From the IMG/VR virus record IMGVR_UViG_3300037474_000089: DNA of 44,742 bases. One strand, written 5' to 3'. Positions 17,676 to 25,104 of the stretch are shown one piece after another. Made by a program: the position numbers and the translations under genes. How positions within the stretch are numbered: the first letter of the stretch is position 1; the number at the start of each line of letters is the position of its first letter. Source of the DNA: a virus. The notes below the pieces were generated by a model, which did no database searches, had not been told where the DNA came from, and saw only the letters and a program-made list of their open reading frames with translations.

Positions 17676-17862
17676 TTTGTTCTCCACAGTCTTTGCATAC
17701 TGTACGTATACCTTCATTAGATTTATAAACCTTAGAACGTGTATGTTTACATCCGTTCTTTTTAGCATGACATTGTTTGCACAATATTTGCTTTTCATGA
17801 ATCATGATCTTTAATCCATCTAATCTGCCGCAATCCCTGCACATCATTTTAATCATCTCCAT
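17653..17862 (-). CDS. Zinc-ribbon protein (four CxxC pairs), 69 aa
   Basis: CRDC...CKQC...CKDC. It overlaps the TetR-like gene by 23 nt. Confidence 0.5.
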   Translation of the reverse strand: MEMIKMMCRDCGRLDGLKIMIHEKQILCKQCHAKKNGCKHTRSKVYKSNEGIRTVCKDCGEQNERAKTT

Positions 17863-17915
17863 TTAACAATCTTTCAAGTTCATCTGTTTGTTGCTCTTCT
17901 AAATCTTGCCAATCT

Positions 17916-18113
17916 TTAAAGTTTTCCATTGTTAATTTCCTTCCAGTTAAATCCAAGTAAAAATTTCATCCAAAAACGTTGCCATTTGCTTGGTTTATAC
18001 CAAGTTGAAAGATAGTGATGGTTGTTGTTTCCAAGACCTAACGACCAATAACCTACTTCTGGAGGTGTAATTCTATACTCCATTGTCCTAACATCTAATC
18101 TACTCGATTCCAT
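17916..18113 (-). CDS. Hypothetical Trp-rich protein
   Basis: ORF only. The start is uncertain (MEYRITPP is possible). Confidence 0.35.
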   Translation of the reverse strand: MESSRLDVRTMEYRITPPEVGYWSLGLGNNNHHYLSTWYKPSKWQRFWMKFLLGFNWKEINNGKL

Positions 18114-18291
18114 CTTTCGCTCTCCTAATTAAATTTTCAACAATGTAATCAATACAGTCACCGCAGATCTCTTTGTCTCCATGTAGCCCATTGATCACTG
18201 CGGCTTCCGTATCTTTAAAGTGGAAGGAAACGTCTAGCTCTTTCCCGCACCACGATCTATTCTCTTCCGTAGTATTTTTAATATGGTTCAT
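18100..18291 (-). CDS. Hypothetical small protein (63 aa)
   Basis: I prefer the start MNHIKNT (ATG 18291), which overlaps the VRR-NUC stop as ATGA. Confidence 0.45.
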   Translation of the reverse strand: MNHIKNTTEENRSWCGKELDVSFHFKDTEAAVINGLHGDKEICGDCIDYIVENLIRRAKDGIE

Positions 18292-18764
18292 AAAGTTCCT
18301 TCTCCTGTTGCGAAACAAGCATCGCCGCCTAAGCTAGTTATTAATTCAATCCATCTCATTTGTGCAACTTCATCGTTTGTACCTTTGTAAGTCCAGTTAC
18401 TATGTTTTATTTCCCTGCTTACAAATTGACCTATTATCATTCCGACCATCGTTTCCCGTATCTTGATTGGCCGTATTCCTATTAGGTCTGCTGACTTAAT
18501 GAAGTCATTCATCTTTCCTGATTCATTAGCCAACCCGTACCGTACGAAATCCCCGTTTCGTGTGTAGGTTGCCCCTACGTTGTTTCTCCATAAACGACAG
18601 TTCTTTTTACTAGCTTCTAATCTCACCAGGCTAGTTACGGCTGCTTCTGATTTACCTTCTTCACAATTAATTACTTCTAACATCCCTGCACCTAAAGATT
18701 TCTTCAGGTCTTCAATTGCGACATCTGGTATCCCCCACTTACTTGCCCATGTTGTCAGTTTCAT
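18288..18764 (-). CDS. VRR-NUC (PD-(D/E)xK) nuclease
   Basis: LWRNNVGA...SADLIGIRP...GQFVSREIK...AQMRWIE follows the VRR-NUC layout. It is paired with an SF2 helicase, as in many phage replication modules. Confidence 0.75.
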   Translation of the reverse strand: MKLTTWASKWGIPDVAIEDLKKSLGAGMLEVINCEEGKSEAAVTSLVRLEASKKNCRLWRNNVGATYTRNGDFVRYGLANESGKMNDFIKSADLIGIRPIKIRETMVGMIIGQFVSREIKHSNWTYKGTNDEVAQMRWIELITSLGGDACFATGEGTL

Positions 18765-18788
18765 AACGTATCCCTCATTAATTGAGAT

Positions 18789-18819
18789 ATGCTAACCTCT
18801 ATTAACTATTTCGTCAATA
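18789..18819 (-). promoter_or_regulatory. Promoter with operator half-match (TATTGAC-gaaata-GTTAATA; TTGACG-17-TAGCAT) upstream of the VRR-NUC gene
   Basis: On the plus strand 18800-18819 reads TATTAAC-N6-GTCAATA, one mismatch from the palindrome found at 20425 and 23851. Confidence 0.4.
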
Positions 18820-20408
18820 GTATTTTTTAATTTTTCTGCATCTGCTGTATTTAAAGTTTGCGCTGTTAGTATATCTGTACCAAAAGTGTAAAAGAACTTA
18901 CGGTATATCTCAGCATCGTTAAGCGCAGGATGATGATATCCTGCCCATTGAGCAATAGAAGCTCGAAGTTCGTGCTGAGCTTCTTGTCTCATCTTGTGTC
19001 TTTTCTTAATAGCCAGTTCAGCAGGTAAAGGCAGCCCGCTTGGTATCCTAGCCACATCATCTATTCTTGATATCTCACCGCGAAGTTGCGCCAGTACCGT
19101 AGGGTCTAGTTCATATAAATCCCCTTCGACATGTTCAGGCGATGAACGTTCTTTTGGTGGCGTAAAGTATCCGCAATAAGGGCAAGTTTTACGATAGGCT
19201 TCATAGACACTGAAACAACTAACATTAAGACAGGTCTTAACTTGCATTGCATCTTGAGGCTTATTTCGAGCACGACGTTCACGGCGATCTAAAGTCCATT
19301 CGCGCGGTGCATCAGGCAGTCCATGCAGCTTCACATTATCCACGTGGTCAATGATAATAGCATGAGATTTACCTGGAAGTGGACGAAGTGCGCGCCCAAA
19401 CTGTTGACTATATAACCCATATGATTGCGTAGGTCTCGCCATTGATACAACTTCTAATGCAGGTACGTCCACCCCCTCGCCCAATAAATCAACATTGACT
19501 ATCTGAAGTATCTCTCTGTTTCTAAAGCGACGCATAATAGTTTGTCGAAGAAGATCGGGAGTTTTAGCGCAAATGGCTTCCGCAGGAATTCCTTGTTGTT
19601 TAAAAGCCATGGCAATTTCTGTTGCAGCTTTTACGTCTACCGCGAATGTAACCCCCAATTTACCGGGAGCTATTTTTAGATAATGGTCTACAACGTCTCC
19701 AGTGATATGTGATTTGTGTACAGCTTCTCTCAGACTTGGGTTGTTGTAGTCACCCCCAGCACTGATTGGCACTGATGATAAGTCAAGGTCAGAAGGCGGT
19801 GCGAATATTCTGTAGTCAGTGAGGTAACCTTCTTTTATCAATTCTCTCATTTGGGGTCCTTGAACCATATCGTCTATTATCCCATCAGCATGTCTTCCCA
19901 ATCCTTTTCCATCTGTTCTGCATGGGGTAGCCGTCGGATATAACCCTATTGCATTAGGGAATAAACTGGCGGCTTTCCCCCATTTGTTGTTCCTTAAAGG
20001 ATGATGGCCTTCATCCTGAATTACCAACGTGATATCTTTAAACCATGGCGTATGTTCATCTAGTCTGATCAAAGTATCCACTCCTGCAACAATACATCGC
20101 GCAGATGGGTCATAATATCTCTTTCCTGTTTCTTGTACTTGTATTGATATGATATCTCGTATGGCAGCTTTTTGGGCTATTATATTATGTCTTATGCCAT
20201 ACCTTGCCAAAGTGAGACATATTTGACTTACAAGTTCCATGCGGTGCGCGATAGCTATGGGGAATCCCCTATGTTCTTTTATTATTGATGAGAAAACTAC
20301 GGTCTTTCCACCTCCAGTTGGAATCACTAATGCTACATTTCTAGCTCCTTTTTGCCAAGATGAATAAACATTGTTTATAGCATCGTATTGGTATTTTCTT
20401 AATTCCAT
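18792..20408 (-). CDS. SF2 DEAD/DEAH-box (ResIII-type) DNA helicase
   Basis: Motifs are PTGGGKT (motif I) and VIQDEGHH (motif II), with C-terminal helicase motifs and a CPYC zinc motif. Confidence 0.88.
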   Translation of the reverse strand: MELRKYQYDAINNVYSSWQKGARNVALVIPTGGGKTVVFSSIIKEHRGFPIAIAHRMELVSQICLTLARYGIRHNIIAQKAAIRDIISIQVQETGKRYYDPSARCIVAGVDTLIRLDEHTPWFKDITLVIQDEGHHPLRNNKWGKAASLFPNAIGLYPTATPCRTDGKGLGRHADGIIDDMVQGPQMRELIKEGYLTDYRIFAPPSDLDLSSVPISAGGDYNNPSLREAVHKSHITGDVVDHYLKIAPGKLGVTFAVDVKAATEIAMAFKQQGIPAEAICAKTPDLLRQTIMRRFRNREILQIVNVDLLGEGVDVPALEVVSMARPTQSYGLYSQQFGRALRPLPGKSHAIIIDHVDNVKLHGLPDAPREWTLDRRERRARNKPQDAMQVKTCLNVSCFSVYEAYRKTCPYCGYFTPPKERSSPEHVEGDLYELDPTVLAQLRGEISRIDDVARIPSGLPLPAELAIKKRHKMRQEAQHELRASIAQWAGYHHPALNDAEIYRKFFYTFGTDILTAQTLNTADAEKLKNTIDEIVNRG

Positions 20409-20424
20409 TTTATTTCATTCTCCC

Positions 20425-20444
20425 TATTGACTAGTTCGTCAATA
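20425..20444. promoter_or_regulatory. Palindromic operator TATTGAC-tagttc-GTCAATA in the divergent promoter region
   Basis: The 7-bp arms are perfect. The same arms recur at 23851-23870, and with one mismatch at 18800-18819. Confidence 0.6.
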
Positions 20445-20456
20445 ATACTATATCAT
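20427..20456 (+). promoter_or_regulatory. Promoter of the plus-strand early operon (TTGACT-18-TATCAT)
   Basis: The -35 box is the left operator arm. The RBS AAGGAG and ATG 20487 lie downstream. Confidence 0.4.
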
Positions 20457-20469
20457 CTGATTTTGTCAA
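20442..20469 (-). promoter_or_regulatory. Promoter of the minus-strand replication operon (TTGACA-16-TATTAT)
   Basis: The -35 is 20469-20464 and the -10 is 20447-20442. The operator lies at or just after the predicted start site. Confidence 0.5.
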
Positions 20470-20486
20470 CTAGTAAGGAGTAACGA

Positions 20487-20657
20487 ATGATTTACAACAT
20501 GGAAGATATAGAAAAAGAAAGAGTAGTAAAAGATATAGTTAAAGGATTTAAAGCATTAAGAAATGCTGTTCAAAAAGATTTAGAATATTTGGAAGACTTA
20601 CAGAAATGCGAAGTTATACCTTTTTCACATTACTTTAACAAAGGAGTTAAACGATGA
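20487..20657 (+). CDS. Hypothetical 56-aa protein
   Basis: RBS AAGGAG. MIYNMEDIEKERVVKD.... ATGA overlap with the next ORF. It falls below the track threshold. Confidence 0.45.
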   Translation: MIYNMEDIEKERVVKDIVKGFKALRNAVQKDLEYLEDLQKCEVIPFSHYFNKGVKR

Positions 20658-20851
20658 GCATTAAAGATATTTTAAAGAACATTTTAGATTGGTTTAAAGA
20701 AGCTGAAAAACCGGTGGCTGTTCAAGGCATTATAGCTGCTACTGCTAAAGCGCTACATAAATCAGTTAACCAATGCCAAAAGATACAACCAGAGTTACAG
20801 GAAGTTGAAGTGCTTAATCGTATCCTGAAGGAATATAATGATGAGCGTTGA
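20654..20851 (+). CDS. Hypothetical protein (65 aa)
   Basis: ORF is translationally coupled on both sides. Confidence 0.45.
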   Translation: MSIKDILKNILDWFKEAEKPVAVQGIIAATAKALHKSVNQCQKIQPELQEVEVLNRILKEYNDER

Positions 20852-21146
20852 TGAGAGAGTTATTAAAATTAACGATATAGCTGATGAAGTTTTGAAAGAG
20901 CTATATGTTAAGTACTTAGAACTTTACAAAGAAAGGCTTACCTCGGAGATGGGTGAGTACAGCACACAAGAGTATGCTTCTGGATTAATGGCCTTGGCAG
21001 TCAATTTTTCAGGAAACTTACTTAGTAGGATAGCTAATCTTCATGAAGCGATCGAAATAGAAGGCGTGTACATGGCATTTGTTGAGATGCTTTCTATGGG
21101 TTTGAAAAGAGTTGATAAGATGAAGACCAGCGGTTCGATGCATTAG
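20838..21146 (+). CDS. Hypothetical protein (102 aa)
   Basis: ORF only. Helical composition. Confidence 0.45.
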   Translation: MMSVDERVIKINDIADEVLKELYVKYLELYKERLTSEMGEYSTQEYASGLMALAVNFSGNLLSRIANLHEAIEIEGVYMAFVEMLSMGLKRVDKMKTSGSMH

Positions 21147-21266
21147 TTTCACCGCCAAGTCGTGAGTGGCGTAAAACCGCGACAGCCCTTGCAGTAGCGT
21201 CTCCTTGACTATCATGCAAATGACTACTGGTGAAGGGCACCTAATTTAACTTAATGGAGAATGAAA

Positions 21267-21461
21267 ATGTTTAATAAACAAAAAATTGATGTAGAACATG
21301 AAATAGGGGAAATCTTAGGATTAAACAGAGAGTACATAAGCATGCATAGGAATGAGATCAGTAAAATAGAAGCACAAATATTAGATGTCAAAAATGAAAT
21401 AAAAGATCTTGAAACTAAAATTGATTTAATTTTTAGATTAATAAAAGGAAGAAATTTATGA
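21267..21461 (+). CDS. Small coiled-coil protein
   Basis: GGAGA lies 7 nt upstream of the second ATG. Heptad-like sequence EISKIEAQILDVKNEIKDLETKIDLIF. Confidence 0.45.
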   Translation: MFNKQKIDVEHEIGEILGLNREYISMHRNEISKIEAQILDVKNEIKDLETKIDLIFRLIKGRNL

Positions 21462-21634
21462 ACTTATCAGAGGAATTAAGAAATGCAAGAGATAAGCAAA
21501 TAGATTCTGTTGTCTATTGCAGTTATGAAATAGAAATAAAAGAAAAAGAAATTAAAAAAATAAAAGAAAAAATTAGAGAATTTAATATACAAGTAGATCT
21601 ATTCATTAAATTATTATCAGGAGAGCAATCATGA
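21458..21634 (+). CDS. Small coiled-coil protein (58 aa), likely a paralog of the preceding ORF
   Basis: ATGA overlaps at both ends. Sequence EIEIKEKEIKKIKEKIREFNIQVDLFIKLL. Confidence 0.4.
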   Translation: MNLSEELRNARDKQIDSVVYCSYEIEIKEKEIKKIKEKIREFNIQVDLFIKLLSGEQS

Positions 21635-22242
21635 CAATCCGAATTGAAATTATTGATCCAACGATTAAAGACGAAAAGATGTTAGTGGCAACGGCTAGGT
21701 TCTTAATGGAGCTTGCGGGTCATCAAATGGTTCCAGCTCCAAAGGAAGAGACAGTAGCTAGTCGTTTCACTAAGGAGATAGTTGATGCAGCCGTTAAAAT
21801 TGACGAAGATATTGCAATGGAAGTTATTAAGGAAAATCAAGAACAACCCCCCGCGGAAATAGAAAAAAATAAAAGTAAACGTAAGAAAAAAGATTCTATG
21901 ACTTTAGAAGAAGCTAAAAAAATCCAAGAATCATATTTTAGTGTAGGATTTCCAGGGGCAGATAAATCTAAATCGGAAGTACCAGTTCCTACTGCACCCC
22001 CATTTGCGCACTGCGGAACCCCCGAACCTCTGGCGCCACCACCGCCAGTTGAAACTAAAATAGACTTCAATTCGTTAATAGCTAAAATCACGAAGTTAAC
22101 TGATGAAAAGAAACTGGAAAACGCAGATGTGTTACGGATTGTCAGGACACACGGTTTAGATAAGACGCATTACTTATCAACTAATCCACATCTCATTGAA
22201 GCAGTGAATGCAGATATTGATAAATTTGTGGAGGGTAAATAA
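21631..22242 (+). CDS. Hypothetical protein with a Lys-rich and Pro-rich linker (203 aa)
   Basis: ORF only. Confidence 0.45.
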   Translation: MTIRIEIIDPTIKDEKMLVATARFLMELAGHQMVPAPKEETVASRFTKEIVDAAVKIDEDIAMEVIKENQEQPPAEIEKNKSKRKKKDSMTLEEAKKIQESYFSVGFPGADKSKSEVPVPTAPPFAHCGTPEPLAPPPPVETKIDFNSLIAKITKLTDEKKLENADVLRIVRTHGLDKTHYLSTNPHLIEAVNADIDKFVEGK

Positions 22243-22622
22243 TGAAACTAGAAGACCAAGTAACCTCCCTAGAACTATCAAAACACTTAAAACAACTAGG
22301 AGTTAAACAAGACGGATTATTTTTTTACCATAAACAGAAATTCGGTAATTATTTATTAGGTAATTCACCTGATTATCATGATTTTTTAGGAGGCGAACAT
22401 TACTCCGCATTCACCGCATCAGAGCTATTAGAATTATTACCACATATTATTAGATTAAAAAACAAAAACAACAATCTACTTAATATGAGTAAGCATGAAA
22501 TTTATTATTACGATATTTATAGTCACGGCCGTTTAGTTAGATTTAACAATGAAACATTTGTTAATTTACTAGCAAAAATGCTAATCCACCTTATAGAAAA
22601 CAATTTGTTGGAGATTAAATAA
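22242..22622 (+). CDS. Hypothetical protein (126 aa)
   Basis: ORF only. ATGA-type coupling. Confidence 0.45.
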   Translation: MKLEDQVTSLELSKHLKQLGVKQDGLFFYHKQKFGNYLLGNSPDYHDFLGGEHYSAFTASELLELLPHIIRLKNKNNNLLNMSKHEIYYYDIYSHGRLVRFNNETFVNLLAKMLIHLIENNLLEIK

Positions 22623-23686
22623 TGTCCGAACATTCTAAACTTCCTCCTTCCTCAGCGGCGCGTCGCATGGCGTGCCCTGGGTCTAGGAGAATGGAAGCGC
22701 TGTATCCGCAAGTAGATTCTAATGCATCAAAAGAAGGTACTTTGGCACATGAAGTATGTAAAAGATTATTGAATGAGGAAAAGATGGATTTGGAATTACC
22801 TCCTGAGATGTTAGGTTTCTGCGAGTTATATGCAAACTATATTAAAAGATTAAGTAAGGGACATCAGCTTTGTATCGAAGAAACCATTAGTATCTCGAAT
22901 ATTCATCCTGATATGTGGGGTACTCCGGATGCATGGTTTTGGGTCGGGGATCATTTACATATCGTTGACTTCAAGTATGGTTTCAAAGCTGTTGAAGTAT
23001 TTGAAAATTGGCAGTTGATAGCTTACTCAGCAGGGATAATAGAAGACGAAGTACTTTGCGAGCGGGTAACTTTCCATATCATACAACCCCGTGCAATGCA
23101 TAAAGATGGCGCCATTAGAACTTGGAGTATTTTATTCGATGACCTACTTAGTTATTGGGATCGTCTTCGCGCATCAGAATCCATAGCGGCAACTGAAGAG
23201 GCACCGCTAATAATCGGCGAAGGATGTGAATATTGCCACGCATGCCATGCATGCCCAGTCTTACGTAAACATGTATTAGAAGGAATTGAGAATATGAAAG
23301 ACCTACCTGAAGAACTAACAGATGATGAGTTAGGAAAAGAACTTAAAAGAATCCATGATTTTGCAGAATTGCTGAAAGCCCGTGCTACAGCTTTGGAAGA
23401 AGAAGCTCTAGCTAAATTGAAGATTGGTAAGCGTATTCCTTTCTACCAATTGGGACGTTCACAACCTAGGGAAAAATGGGTAAAACCAGTATCTGAAGTG
23501 CTTGCGCTCGGCGATTTATTTGAAGTGAACTTAGCTAAACCTAAAGAAGCCATAACGCCTAAACAAGCTATTAAAGCAGGGGTTCCCGCAGATTTAGTGC
23601 GGCAATACTCTGATACACCGCTCGGGGAGTTAAAGTTAGAACAAGTGAAAGAATCAGAAACCAGGCAAATATTTGGAGGTAAGTAG
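22622..23686 (+). CDS. Cas4/RecB-like PD-(D/E)xK nuclease (DUF2800-like) with a Cys cluster
   Basis: N-terminus is KLPPSSAARRMACPGS. The core is DAWFWVGDHLHIVDFKYG. The C-terminal Cys cluster is CEYCHACHAC. Synteny with the SSB-like and PolA genes. Confidence 0.7.
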   Translation: MSEHSKLPPSSAARRMACPGSRRMEALYPQVDSNASKEGTLAHEVCKRLLNEEKMDLELPPEMLGFCELYANYIKRLSKGHQLCIEETISISNIHPDMWGTPDAWFWVGDHLHIVDFKYGFKAVEVFENWQLIAYSAGIIEDEVLCERVTFHIIQPRAMHKDGAIRTWSILFDDLLSYWDRLRASESIAATEEAPLIIGEGCEYCHACHACPVLRKHVLEGIENMKDLPEELTDDELGKELKRIHDFAELLKARATALEEEALAKLKIGKRIPFYQLGRSQPREKWVKPVSEVLALGDLFEVNLAKPKEAITPKQAIKAGVPADLVRQYSDTPLGELKLEQVKESETRQIFGGK

Positions 23687-23688
23687 AA

Positions 23689-23856
23689 ATGCCTAAACAA
23701 TATAAAACATTGACTACTATTGATAGTAAAGAAAGTTTAGATGATCAAGTTACAAAGCATCTTAATGAAGGTTGGGAGTTATACGGTAATCCTTATATGT
23801 GCGTTATCGATTACACTATGATAATTTTTCAAGCTTTAATTAAAAATAACTATTGA
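23689..23856 (+). CDS. DUF1737-like small protein (55 aa)
   Basis: RBS GGAGG. LDDQVTKHLNEGWELYGNPYM. The stop lies inside the next promoter's -35 box. Confidence 0.45.
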   Translation: MPKQYKTLTTIDSKESLDDQVTKHLNEGWELYGNPYMCVIDYTMIIFQALIKNNY

Positions 23857-23881
23857 CGAACCCGTCAATAAGAGTTAATAT
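23851..23881 (+). promoter_or_regulatory. Promoter plus operator: TATTGAC-gaaccc-GTCAATA; TTGACG-17-TAATAT
   Basis: Second perfect copy of the palindrome. It lies upstream of the SSB-like gene. Confidence 0.55.
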
Positions 23882-23913
23882 GTCTTTGTCATTAATTATT
23901 AGGAGAGTTAGAA

Positions 23914-24720
23914 ATGGAAAATGTATTATTTCCAACAGGTAGATTAGTAATGGGTTCTTTATATAAATCCCAAGATAAGAATGCAGAAGGTGCACCTTTA
24001 GTAGATAGAGATGGTAAACCACGAGTTCAGTATTTCATTGCATATGCTATTCCTAAAGCAGGAGAAACTCACTGGTCACAAACAGCATGGGGTAAGAAAA
24101 TTCATGATATCGGAGTTAAAGGTTTCCCAAATGGCCAAGCTCAATCTCCTCAGTTTGCATGGAAGATAGTGGATGGCGATAGCAATATACCGAACAAAAA
24201 AGGCAAGAAACCATGTGATCGAGAAGGTTATCCAGGGAATTGGGTGTTGAGTTTCACAAGTGGGTATGCACCTGTGCTCTGTAAAGAAGATGGTTCTTTG
24301 TTAAACCAACCGGAAGATTTCATTAAATTAGGAGACTGGGTACAGGTTTATGCACGTATTGATGACAACGGAAGCCAACAACAACCGGGAGTATTTTTAA
24401 ATCAAACTCATGTTGCATTCATTGCGTATGGCGATCGTATTGTGGCAGGCATTGACCCAACGACCATTGGGTTTGGTGGGCAACCTTTACCGGCTGGCGC
24501 AAGTAAAACACCAATCGGTAATGCGGCATTTATTCCGATGGAGGCTTTACCTTCGACACCAATTCCAGCACCCGTGGTTGCACCCCCAGTAGCCCCATAT
24601 CCTAATATTTTAAAACCAAAAGTTATGACGGCTAAAGCAAATGGCGCAACGTATGAAGCTTTCATTCAACAAGGTTGGACGGACGAAGGATTGATTCAAC
24701 ACGGATATTTACAAGTTTAA
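23914..24720 (+). CDS. Putative ssDNA-binding protein (DUF2815-like OB fold) with a Pro/Ala-rich C-terminal tail
   Basis: LFPTGRLVMGSLYKSQDKNAEGAPLVDRDGKPRVQYFIAYAIPK. It sits between the Cas4-like nuclease and PolA. Confidence 0.55.
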   Translation: MENVLFPTGRLVMGSLYKSQDKNAEGAPLVDRDGKPRVQYFIAYAIPKAGETHWSQTAWGKKIHDIGVKGFPNGQAQSPQFAWKIVDGDSNIPNKKGKKPCDREGYPGNWVLSFTSGYAPVLCKEDGSLLNQPEDFIKLGDWVQVYARIDDNGSQQQPGVFLNQTHVAFIAYGDRIVAGIDPTTIGFGGQPLPAGASKTPIGNAAFIPMEALPSTPIPAPVVAPPVAPYPNILKPKVMTAKANGATYEAFIQQGWTDEGLIQHGYLQV

Positions 24721-24728
24721 TTATCAAC

Positions 24729-24750
24729 GCCCCTGGCAACGGGGGCTTTA
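24729..24750 (+). terminator. Weak hairpin (GCCCC/GGGGC) followed by TTT
   Basis: 5-bp GC stem at 24729-33 and 24742-46. The T run is short. Confidence 0.25.
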
Positions 24751-24763
24751 AGGAGATAGTGAA

Positions 24764-24913
24764 ATGAAGAAATTAATATGCATCATGTTAATAATATTCA
24801 CATCGCAAGCTTTTGCAAAGATAAGACCAGTGGATATTGAGATAGCTCTTTGCGATCAACTGCCAAAGAATAAGATTTTTGGTTGTCTAATGAAGATAAG
24901 GAACAAACCATGA
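24764..24913 (+). CDS. Small secreted peptide (49 aa) with signal peptide
   Basis: RBS AAGGAG. MKKLICIMLIIFTSQAFA|K. ATGA overlap with the next ORF. Confidence 0.4.
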   Translation: MKKLICIMLIIFTSQAFAKIRPVDIEIALCDQLPKNKIFGCLMKIRNKP

Positions 24914-25104
24914 ACTCAATTGACAGACAAAAATTTAAAGAACATTTAGCAAAACAGAAGGCAGACTTGTTAGATAAGATAAATAAAGAAAATAGCATTG
25001 TAAGAACGGGAAGAGATAAAAGTCGATTGCCCACCTTAACAAATGAACTAAAAGTTCTTGAGGCGCTTGAAAGACAATTGCTTAAGTTGGAGGGGAAGAA
25101 ATGA
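24910..25104 (+). CDS. Small coiled-coil protein (64 aa)
   Basis: Start MNSIDRQ at the ATGA overlap. Coupled to PolA. Confidence 0.45.
   Translation: MNSIDRQKFKEHLAKQKADLLDKINKENSIVRTGRDKSRLPTLTNELKVLEALERQLLKLEGKK

Noticed and set aside
21018-21215. 65-aa minus-strand ORF across the 21147-21260 spacer
   Set aside because: It runs antisense to a tightly coupled plus-strand operon and has no RBS. The region is better explained by RNA structure.
23840-24665. Track ORFs 23840-24022(-), 24408-24665(-) and 24410-24592(+), and similar alternative-frame ORFs in the PolA and methyltransferase genes (25273-25494, 26768-27016, 27822-28142, 28091-28282)
   Set aside because: They are antisense or alternative-frame shadows within supported genes. 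The exception is the +1 frame ORF 27931-28392, which is reported as a finding.
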